DNA of 30,888 bases from a virus (taxonomy: Duplodnaviria > Heunggongvirae > Uroviricota > Caudoviricetes), in IMG/VR virus record IMGVR_UViG_3300038548_000082, positions 1 through 30,888 of that record. One strand, given 5' to 3'. The notes under the pieces are model-generated. The model ran no database searches, had not been told where the DNA came from, and was given only the letters and a program-made list of their open reading frames with translations. Positions within the stretch are counted from its first letter, which is position 1; every line of letters starts with the position of its first letter. The position numbers and the translations under genes are program-made. Below are positions 1-6,990 of the stretch, piece after piece.

Positions 1-2
1 AG

Positions 3-296
3 GTCTCATCTTCTTGTTGTGCTCAAGTAAGTTACCGAGTTCTTGACGAAAGTTTGGAGAAGGCTTTAAAGATCTATGATCAACTTGTAACTATGACTCC
101 AGTACATGCTAGTCCTTTTGAGCATCAGGCAACACCTATGTACCAGAAGTGTGTTGACGAAGCGTGTGACGCAGACTTTGAGTGCTGGCAAGATGGGGTT
201 ACCCATATGGATAGGAAGGGTAACTTCTGGTCAGGTAACTTCCAAGGTTGGATTCAACATCGCCAGCTAATTGATGGTCATGTAGTAGAAGGTTAA
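3..296 (+). CDS. thyX: Flavin-dependent thymidylate synthase (ThyX/Thy1), C-terminal part; gene begins upstream of the window
   Basis: Frame is open from nt 3: VSSSCCAQVSYR...HASPFEHQATP...GNFQGWIQHRQ, matching the phage ThyX SxARCARVSY / HxSPxEH / GNFxGWxQxR pattern; next to thioredoxin and RNR. Confidence 0.8.
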   Translation, partial: VSSSCCAQVSYRVLDESLEKALKIYDQLVTMTPVHASPFEHQATPMYQKCVDEACDADFECWQDGVTHMDRKGNFWSGNFQGWIQHRQLIDGHVVEG

Positions 297-320
297 ACCT
301 AAATTAAAAGAGGAGAGAAT

Positions 321-566
321 ATGAGAGTAGTTGTATACACTGCTGATTGGTGTGGACCCTGCAAGAAAGTAAAAGGACTTTTCACTAGAGCTGGGTTTAA
401 ACCTACATATGTAGACGTGGATGAAGAACCAAACGAAGCAGCTAAGATGGGAGTAAGGGGTATCCCAGTAACGATAGTTTATGATGGCGAAAGAGAGGTT
501 CAGCGTTTTGTAGGTGCTATCTCTACTTTGGTAGATAAGCTTAAGGGACTAGGGGTTGAAATTTAA
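321..566 (+). CDS. Thioredoxin/glutaredoxin-like redoxin
   Basis: WCGPC active site, GIP cis-Pro motif, GGAG RBS, stop overlaps the RNR start (TAATG). Confidence 0.9.
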   Translation: MRVVVYTADWCGPCKKVKGLFTRAGFKPTYVDVDEEPNEAAKMGVRGIPVTIVYDGEREVQRFVGAISTLVDKLKGLGVEI

Positions 567-1408
567 TGCAAGAGTTAACAAAGAGTGAAGAGGTAAAACG
601 AGTGGTAGAAGTTAAAGAATATGGACCGAAGTTAAGAATCAGTAAAGAAATTCACGCAATGAAGTATCGAACAGAAGGAGAATCTTTTAAGGAAGGTGTC
701 TCTAGGTTTGCAAGTGCGTTAAAAGATGATGAGGTGCATTATTACAAGATTCGTGACATTCTGTTAGAACAAGCATTCATGGGTGGAGGTAGAACTCAGG
801 CAGCTATTGGAGCACCACGACAGGTAACACCTTTCAATTGTTTCGTTAGTGAGGATATTGAAGATTCTATGGACTCCATTATGGATAGGGCTAAAGACTC
901 TGCACAAACTATGCGAGTTGGTGGTGGGATCGGTTATTGCTTCTCAGCCTTAAGACCAAAAGATGACAGAATCGTATCACTAGATTCCAAGTCCAGTGGT
1001 CCTATTAGCTTTATGAATATCTTTAATGCTGTTTGCCACACTATTTCTAGTGCTGGTCACAGACGTGGTGCTCAGATGGGAGTGTTGCGAATTGATCATC
1101 CAGACATTGAAGAGTTTATTCACGCTAAGCAGAATGAAACAAACCTTAAAGCGTTTAACTTGTCTATTGCCATTACCGATGAGTTTATGGAGAAGGTAAT
1201 TCGAGTTACTGATTCTGGTAAGGATGAATTGTTCAATCTAACTTTTGAAGGAAGAGTTTACAAGCAGGTTAGTGTTAGAAACTTGTGGGAAGAAGTGATG
1301 CGTTCTACTTGGGATTGGGCTGAACCCGGAGTACTGTTCATTGACCGTATGAACCAATTAAACAACTTACAGTACTGTGAGGTCATTAAGGCTACAAACC
1401 CGTGTGGT
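566..1408 (+). CDS. nrdJ: Ribonucleotide reductase (class II, NrdJ-like), exon 1
   Basis: FNCF, GGGIG, RRGAQMG, HPDI, EPGVLFIDR and TNPCG motifs; the reading frame is interrupted right after the Gly codon 1406-1408. Confidence 0.9.
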
Positions 1409-2093
1409 TGACTCAACCTGTTGAGCCTCACGTTAAAAACTCCGTGAATTCAGGGGAAGTCCAGAACGGACAATCCTGAGCCTAGCTTAACCTGCGAAGG
1501 TTTTGAAGGTGCAACGACTAGGATATACCAGCTCTATGAGTTGATGAAATCCGTAGGGATCAAGTGGTCTCGAAGCGCGGAGAACTTCGTAAGAAGTTAT
1601 GATATAGTCTGGACTGCATAGGAATATGTAGAAGTGCAAAGTACATTTCATAGGGAAAATTTATGAGACAATGTACTGACTGTAAACTTCATCTACCTAG
1701 TAAAGATTTTGCTTGGAGAGGTGGAGCGAGAAAAGGATTGCAAGCAACATGTAAACCTTGTTCTCTAGAACGATTAAGAAAACACAGAGCCTACACAAGA
1801 AAATTAGTAGGTAGATGGAAAATGTGGAAAGGTTGTAATGCTTGTGGGTTTAAAGCTAGGCATTCGTGTCAATTAGATTTAGATCACAGGGATACCTCAA
1901 CCAAATCAAGTAAAGCTAATGGTAGGGCTTTTGAACCTTCTTGGAGTCTGAAAAGAATCAAAGAGGAGCTTTCAAAGTGTGATGTTCTTTGTAAGAATTG
2001 TCATGCTTTAAAAACCTACATAAATAAAGATTATTTGAAAACTTAAACGTACTTTGCACTGGCAATGAGTAACGACCATTGTTGAACATAACG
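1409..2093 (+). mobile_element. Group I intron (subgroup IA2), 685 nt, with HNH ORF in the P9.1 loop
   Basis: Exon 1 ends in U1408 and the intron ends in G2093 (GAACATAACG); removal restores NPCG-EQPL. P1: exon GTGTGGT with IGS GCCTCAC 1425-1431 (U.G at splice site). P3 CTCCGTG/CGCGGAG; P/Q AATTCAGGGG/AATCCTGAG; P7 GACTA 1516-1520 / TAGTC 1605-1609; P7.1 and P7.2 present; P8 AACTTC-GTAA-GAAGTT; P9 CTGCATA-GGAA-TATGTAG; perfect 12-bp stem 1633-1644/2049-2060 enclosing the ORF. Confidence 0.93.
1663..2046 (+). CDS. Intron-encoded HNH homing endonuclease
   Basis: N-terminal CxxC...CxxC zinc ribbon; C-terminal CxxC...LDLDHRD...CDVLCKNCH His-Me finger. Confidence 0.85.
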   Translation: MRQCTDCKLHLPSKDFAWRGGARKGLQATCKPCSLERLRKHRAYTRKLVGRWKMWKGCNACGFKARHSCQLDLDHRDTSTKSSKANGRAFEPSWSLKRIKEELSKCDVLCKNCHALKTYINKDYLKT

Positions 2094-3020
2094 GAACAGC
2101 CCTTGCCCGCTGGTGGTGCTTGTTTGTTAGGCAGCTGGAACTTGGTCAAGTATATCTTCACTGATTCTGATGGAAACCGTTTCTTCGGTATGGAGCAGTT
2201 TAAGGCAGACATCCCTCATATTGTAAGGGCTATGGATAACATTCATGATATGGCTATTTTCCCCCTACCAATTCAAGCGGAAGAAAGCCGTTTAAAGCGT
2301 AGAATGGGTTTAGGCTTGACAGGTGTTGCTAACGCTGGGGAATCCTTAGGGTTTACCTACGGTTCTCCTGAGTTCCTTGAATGGTATGAAGAGGTGTTGC
2401 AAATCTATACCAATGAGACGTATAGTGCTTCCTCCGACCTAGCATTGGAAAAGGGTTCTTTCCCTCTCTTTGATGCTGATAAGTATTGTGAGAGTGTTTT
2501 TATTAAGACTCTTCCTACTTGGTTGCAAGAGAAGATTAGAACTCAAGGTATTCGTAATAGCCACTTGCTAAGTATGGCACCAACTGGTACAATCAGTCTA
2601 ACAGCTGATAACATTAGTGGTGGAATTGAGCCAGTGTTTAGTCATTACTATGATCGAACAATCAAAACCTATGAAGGGGAGAAAGTTGAACGGGTAACTG
2701 ACTACGCTTATGGTACTTGGGGAGTTAAAGGTAAGACTGCTAATGAGTGTACTGCTAAAGAACACCTTGATGTACTTGCTCTTTCTACCCATTACGTAGA
2801 CTCAGCAGTCTCTAAGACTATCAACGTATCACCAGATATGCCTTGGGATGAATTTAAAAGTATCTACATCGATGCATTTAAACTTGGTTGTAAAGGATGT
2901 ACCACCTTTAACCTTGGTGGTAAACGTTTTGGAATCATGAATGAAGTTAAGGAAGACGAACCGGAAGAAGCTAAGGCTTGTTACATTGATTTGCAGACTG
3001 GTCAAAAAGAATGTAGTTAA
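2094..3020 (+). CDS. nrdJ: Ribonucleotide reductase (class II, NrdJ-like), exon 2; spliced product 589 aa
   Basis: EQPL, GACLLGS, RRMGLG, APTGTISL, SGGIEPVF, VDSAVSKT; KGCTTF instead of the class I KTLYY tyrosine pair; C-terminal Cys pair (CY...ECS); no nrdB downstream. Confidence 0.88.
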   Translation, partial: EQPLPAGGACLLGSWNLVKYIFTDSDGNRFFGMEQFKADIPHIVRAMDNIHDMAIFPLPIQAEESRLKRRMGLGLTGVANAGESLGFTYGSPEFLEWYEEVLQIYTNETYSASSDLALEKGSFPLFDADKYCESVFIKTLPTWLQEKIRTQGIRNSHLLSMAPTGTISLTADNISGGIEPVFSHYYDRTIKTYEGEKVERVTDYAYGTWGVKGKTANECTAKEHLDVLALSTHYVDSAVSKTINVSPDMPWDEFKSIYIDAFKLGCKGCTTFNLGGKRFGIMNEVKEDEPEEAKACYIDLQTGQKECS

Positions 3021-3023
3021 GCG

Positions 3024-3052
3024 TTGACAAGGGGACTGTACTTCGGTATAGT
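3024..3052 (+). promoter_or_regulatory. Sigma70-type promoter overlapping the nrdJ terminator hairpin
   Basis: TTGACA-17 nt-TATAGT. Confidence 0.75.
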
Positions 3053-3066
3053 CCCTTTAACTTTTT
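3030..3066 (+). terminator. Rho-independent terminator-like hairpin after nrdJ
   Basis: GGGACTGTAC-TTCG-GTATAGTCCC stem with cUUCGg loop followed by a T-rich tract. Confidence 0.7.
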
Positions 3067-3082
3067 AGACAGGAGATTAATT

Positions 3083-3757
3083 ATGTTAGATCCAACAATG
3101 TTAGTACCAGCAGCATTCGGTTTTGTGGGTGTGTTGTTATGTGGTGTTATGGACCGTTTGCGTGGTGATAAGAAGACTATCATTAGCCGATTATTTGAGA
3201 AGGTCTTCCTAGGGGTATTAGTCGGAGCGTTAGCAGGCTTATCTTGGTGGGGTATAGCAACCTTTGTACCTTTCTTTGCAATCGCTATGTCAATCTCTTG
3301 GAGCGTCATGGGCAGCTACCTATCAGGAAGTCAACTTCAATGGGGACGATTAGAATGGTGGCAGGGTAATCCTGAGAAATTGAATGCTAAGATTCCATTC
3401 TTAAAAATTAACGAATACAATCCGTGGAGTATGTATTTGATACTAGCTGGCCCTTGGACTTCAGTATTAATTAGGGCAGGTCTGTCTTTCTTAGCTATCA
3501 TCCCTGTGGCGTTTTGTCCAACAGTGGGTGCAGTTGCAGGAGTAGGTTTAGCAGGAGTAGTGTCAGGTTCTTTCTTACTCTCCCTTTGGGTAGTTAAGAA
3601 GTACTTCAAAGCTGATAGTAAGTTTTGGTTACTAGTTAACACGCTTAACTTCGGAGAGCGTCAAGAGGTACGTGCTTGGGGTACTACAGAGATAGTCCGA
3701 GGTATGATGATGGGTGCTGGTGCAATCTTGATTTATTTATTCTTAAAAAGTTATTGA
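3083..3757 (+). CDS. Hypothetical multi-pass membrane protein
   Basis: 224 aa, several hydrophobic segments, AGGAG RBS. Confidence 0.75.
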   Translation: MLDPTMLVPAAFGFVGVLLCGVMDRLRGDKKTIISRLFEKVFLGVLVGALAGLSWWGIATFVPFFAIAMSISWSVMGSYLSGSQLQWGRLEWWQGNPEKLNAKIPFLKINEYNPWSMYLILAGPWTSVLIRAGLSFLAIIPVAFCPTVGAVAGVGLAGVVSGSFLLSLWVVKKYFKADSKFWLLVNTLNFGERQEVRAWGTTEIVRGMMMGAGAILIYLFLKSY

Positions 3758-3782
3758 CACACTCTAGGGGCTATGTAATAAT
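3754..3782 (+). promoter_or_regulatory. Probable sigma70-type promoter (upstream of ORF 3815 and the RNA genes)
   Basis: TTGACA-17 nt-AATAAT (imperfect -10), followed at the conserved offset by AAGTTAAAC. Confidence 0.55.
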
Positions 3783-3814
3783 AGCCCCAAGTTAAACAAA
3801 GAGGGAGATCAATT

Positions 3815-4126
3815 ATGTTGGAATCAGATTTTGAAGAGGTACAATTCTTACTGAAGTTGAAGAAGAAGTTAACCGCGCAAGCAAAGAAATGCAGAGAGCT
3901 TAAAACTGTTTATGACAACCATGTTGATTCTGGTGGTTACGAGAACTTCAACAAAGGTTGTTCAAACTACATCCACACCAATTATGATGGTAGTGGTAGT
4001 GGTGTAGATCTATCAGGTTGTTACCTTGGTGAACAAGTAGCATCAGCTGTTGAACAGATTATCTACCTTCAGTTGGAAGACGTAAGCACACGATTAAAAG
4101 CTTTGAAAGTTACTGAAGAAGAATAG
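3815..4126 (+). CDS. Hypothetical protein
   Basis: 103 aa ORF with GAGGGAG RBS. Confidence 0.7.
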   Translation: MLESDFEEVQFLLKLKKKLTAQAKKCRELKTVYDNHVDSGGYENFNKGCSNYIHTNYDGSGSGVDLSGCYLGEQVASAVEQIIYLQLEDVSTRLKALKVTEEE

Positions 4127-4137
4127 AATTTGTGTTG

Positions 4138-4408
4138 TGTACATGAGGCCAGATAAGAAGCACTGGCAGGAAGCTCCTTGCATGAAGCGCAAGTGTGGAG
4201 TGGCGAACAAAGGCTAGGGAAGTCACGACTCCTGCACAAACGTGACTGAAATAGGTGTCCACCGGGCTACTCTACCCGGCTGTAAGGGCCTACTCAGTGA
4301 CCCCCGTGGAGTAAGGGGACGATTGTTGGATATCAGGGTTGATTAGTGTAGGGAGGTAGGTCGATGCCCTTGACACGTGGCCCAGAACTCTGGTATCCTC
4401 ATTAGACA
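4138..4408 (+). ncRNA. Candidate structured non-coding RNA (~270 nt), family unassigned
   Basis: No listed ORF; ends pair (ATGAGG 4143-48/CCTCAT 4397-4402; CCAGA 4149-53/TCTGG 4389-93); internal hairpins CTTGC/GCAAG, AGTCACG/CGTGACT, CCGGG/CCCGG, TACTC/GAGTA, GGGCC/GGCCC; ends 2 nt before tRNA-Arg. Confidence 0.6.
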
Positions 4409-4410
4409 TT

Positions 4411-4487
4411 GCCCTCATAGCTCAGTGGACTAGAGCATCGGCCTTCTAAGCCGTGTGTCGTAGGTTCGAATCCTACTGGGGGTGCCA
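4411..4487 (+). tRNA. tRNA-Arg (anticodon TCT)
   Basis: Cloverleaf: GCCCTCA/TGGGGGT acceptor, TAGCTCAGTGG D arm, loop CT-TCT-AA, GTAGG-TTCGAAT-CCTAC T arm, encoded CCA. Confidence 0.95.
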
Positions 4488-4493
4488 AATTAA

Positions 4494-4570
4494 GCAGGTG
4501 TGGCAGAGTTGGTTATGCAGTTGACTGCAAATCTTCATAGATATGGGTTCGAGTCCCGTCACCTGCTCCA
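4494..4570 (+). tRNA. tRNA-Cys (anticodon GCA), weak anticodon stem
   Basis: GCAGGTG/CACCTGC acceptor, U73 discriminator, loop CT-GCA-AA, T loop TTCGAGT, encoded CCA. Confidence 0.88.
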
Positions 4571-4591
4571 AATTAGTTTAACGGAGGATTT

Positions 4592-4993
4592 ATGGAACTG
4601 TTAGAAAGAATCAAAGAAGATCGAACAGCAGCACGGAAAGGTACTAGTGCTGTAGATAAAATACGTGCCACACTCCTAACTACGTTAGTTGGTGAAGCTG
4701 AGACAGCCCTTAAAGGTAAACAGGCTAAGAAATTTGATATGTTGGCTCTTGTTAAAAAGTTCCAGAGTAATTGTCATGAAACTCTTGCCATTAAATTTGA
4801 TGAAAAGATTCATATAGAGATTTGTCTTCTTCAAGAATATATTCCAGAACAGTTGACAGAGATAGAACTTTGTGAGAAACTAGTTGAATCGGGTGCAAGC
4901 AACATAGGTCAGTTCATGGGATACCTTAATAAGAGTTATAAAGGTTTGTTCGATGGGAAGCTTGCAGCTAAAGTTGCTAAAACTAACTTGTAA
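4592..4993 (+). CDS. GatB/YqeY-domain protein
   Basis: LLERIKEDRTAARK...IRATLLTTL...LQEYIPEQL...IGQFMGYL pattern typical of YqeY; follows tRNAs. Confidence 0.7.
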   Translation: MELLERIKEDRTAARKGTSAVDKIRATLLTTLVGEAETALKGKQAKKFDMLALVKKFQSNCHETLAIKFDEKIHIEICLLQEYIPEQLTEIELCEKLVESGASNIGQFMGYLNKSYKGLFDGKLAAKVAKTNL

Positions 4994-5004
4994 GGAGATA
5001 CTAG

Positions 5005-5994
5005 ATGGAATTCAAAAAGTATAATAGTCTTGAGAACGTTAAACAGAAGTTGGTAACCGTTATTGAAAACCACGGTTATGCCAACGAGCTTTATGTTGTT
5101 ACTGAGAAGGTCCACGGAGCTAACTTCGGTATCCACTTTGATGTCGATAACAACGACCTTAAGTTTAGTCGCCGGAAAGACTTCCTTGGGGAGACTGAAA
5201 ACTTTTATGGCTACACAGCTATGCTTACTGAGTTCCGAGAAGCTATGGCTTGGATCAGCTCCACAGTAGAGGTAAAAGAAATCCGAATCTTCGGTGAACT
5301 CTTCGGAGGTTCTTTAAACGGACAACAAGGTGATCACGCTAAGTGCGTACAAAGTGAAGTTCAATACAGCCCTAACAACGAGTTCATGGCTTTTGAGCTA
5401 CATTTGGATGGTATCCCTCAACCTTTCAACGTTATGGCTAGCATCTTAAGGGATGCAGGTTTAAAAGTTGTTCCTGTCTTAGGTATGGCTGACAATATCT
5501 ATGACGCATTGAAGTTTGTTAATGACGATAACTCTGTTGTACCTCAGATACTAGGTTACGAAAGCCCTGAAGTAAATATTAAGGAGGGTAATGTAATTGT
5601 ACCAGCTGGTAAGGTTCTTTACTTTGGAAATGGTAAACGTGTTGCTATCAAAGATAAGAACCGTAAGTTCAAAGAAAGCGATAACGAGAAGGTTATCACT
5701 AAGCCTGTGGACTTATCTGAGCAGGGTGAGGTAGTGTTGGCAGCTGTTAACGCTAACTTAACAACTAACCGTTTGTCTAATGTCTTGTCAAAAGAATCTG
5801 TAGAGGGCTTGACAGGTAAAGACTTCGGGCGTATTATGGGTCTTCTTATGCAAGATGCGCTAGCTGAGTACTCTGATGAGTTCACACTAAGTGCCAAGGA
5901 AGTAGCGGGTGAAGAATGGCCTCTGGTGAGTAAAGCACTCATCCGTGAAGCTACAACTTTAACTCGTACTTATTTTATTGAGAATATATTTTAG
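5005..5994 (+). CDS. rnl2: RNA ligase 2 (Rnl2 family)
   Basis: Motif I EKVHGANF, III FGELFGG, IIIa FMAFEL, IV EGNVI, V AIKDKNRKFKE, plus helical C-terminal domain. Confidence 0.9.
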   Translation: MEFKKYNSLENVKQKLVTVIENHGYANELYVVTEKVHGANFGIHFDVDNNDLKFSRRKDFLGETENFYGYTAMLTEFREAMAWISSTVEVKEIRIFGELFGGSLNGQQGDHAKCVQSEVQYSPNNEFMAFELHLDGIPQPFNVMASILRDAGLKVVPVLGMADNIYDALKFVNDDNSVVPQILGYESPEVNIKEGNVIVPAGKVLYFGNGKRVAIKDKNRKFKESDNEKVITKPVDLSEQGEVVLAAVNANLTTNRLSNVLSKESVEGLTGKDFGRIMGLLMQDALAEYSDEFTLSAKEVAGEEWPLVSKALIREATTLTRTYFIENIF

Positions 5995-6003
5995 GAGGTT
6001 ATT

Positions 6004-6348
6004 ATGGATTTTAGAGGTATTATAGCAAACGCAGTGATCGCAAGTAATGGTCGTTGTCAAGGTACTTTGGTCTCACCTGACAATAATGCGGGAGAGGAAG
6101 GTCGCCACACGTTAACACAAGGTGGACCTATTGATACGTCACCTGTAATTACCATCGACGTTATTGAGGGTCAGTTAGTTTTAAAAACTATGAACTCTCA
6201 GTATTTGATTGAAGGTTCTGTGCGGTTGTCCAGTACGTTGCGGTTTGAAGGTTACACCACAGAGAGTTACAATGCAGAGCAGGATACCGCCCAGCAAGAA
6301 GCTTCTGTAAGTAATTCTGTTGATGGTGGGATTGCTGATTATGAGTAA
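6004..6348 (+). CDS. Hypothetical protein
   Basis: 114 aa ORF with AGGAGG RBS. Confidence 0.7.
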   Translation: MDFRGIIANAVIASNGRCQGTLVSPDNNAGEEGRHTLTQGGPIDTSPVITIDVIEGQLVLKTMNSQYLIEGSVRLSSTLRFEGYTTESYNAEQDTAQQEASVSNSVDGGIADYE

Positions 6349-6985
6349 AATTATTCTTATGAATGGGCCTATCGAATGTGGTAAGAATACAGCGGTAGAT
6401 CGAATTAAAGAACTTTCTACGCACCCTATTGTAGATCGTCGATGTAAAGATCATTTGTTTACATTAACTCAGCAACTCTTTTGTATGACAGAAGAAGAGT
6501 TTTATAGCCACTATGATGATCGGGAAACTAAAGAAACTCCTAAGGAAGAGTTTGCTGTGTCTGCTAGGGCGTATAATGCTTTGGCCCCTATCATTGGTGC
6601 GCATACCATTCACCATACACTCCTTGACGGTGAGGTTAACTTATCAGTCCGTGAAGCATTGATCTACACTTCAGAAGTTATCTGTAAGCCTACCTTTGAT
6701 AGCGACTATTTTGGGGTAGCTCGTGCTAAAACTATTGGTAGTAACGAACGGGCTATTGATGACTCTTGTGGGTTCGATGATGAGATCGCACCTACTATCG
6801 AAAAGTTAGGTATGGATAACGTTATGCTTATCCGTATTCATGGGCGTGGTACTTTTGATGGCGATAGTCGTAAATTTATTTCTGATGGTGTTGTAACAAA
6901 CACAGTAGATATTAACAACGATAGTACCGAGGAATCTTTCTTACAACAAGTAGGAGAAGTAGCAATGAATTTTTATAAGGGGTAG
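6341..6985 (+). CDS. P-loop kinase, probable deoxynucleoside monophosphate kinase
   Basis: N-terminal NGPIECGKN P-loop variant, IDDS.GF.DE, LIRIHGR; ATG 6341 overlaps the upstream stop. Confidence 0.6.
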   Translation: MSKIILMNGPIECGKNTAVDRIKELSTHPIVDRRCKDHLFTLTQQLFCMTEEEFYSHYDDRETKETPKEEFAVSARAYNALAPIIGAHTIHHTLLDGEVNLSVREALIYTSEVICKPTFDSDYFGVARAKTIGSNERAIDDSCGFDDEIAPTIEKLGMDNVMLIRIHGRGTFDGDSRKFISDGVVTNTVDINNDSTEESFLQQVGEVAMNFYKG

Positions 6986-6990
6986 ACTTA

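Noticed and set aside
2079-2093. Independent TTG start for the RNR C-terminal half, or an intein
   Set aside because: Codons MLNIT are intron 3' sequence; an in-frame stop at 1409-1411 excludes an intein; splicing restores the motif exactly
4138-4408. RNase P RNA or tmRNA identity
   Set aside because: AGGAAGCTCC and CAGAACTCTGGTATC loosely echo RNase P conserved regions but do not form P4; there is no GGGG..CCA tRNA-like domain or T arm for tmRNA
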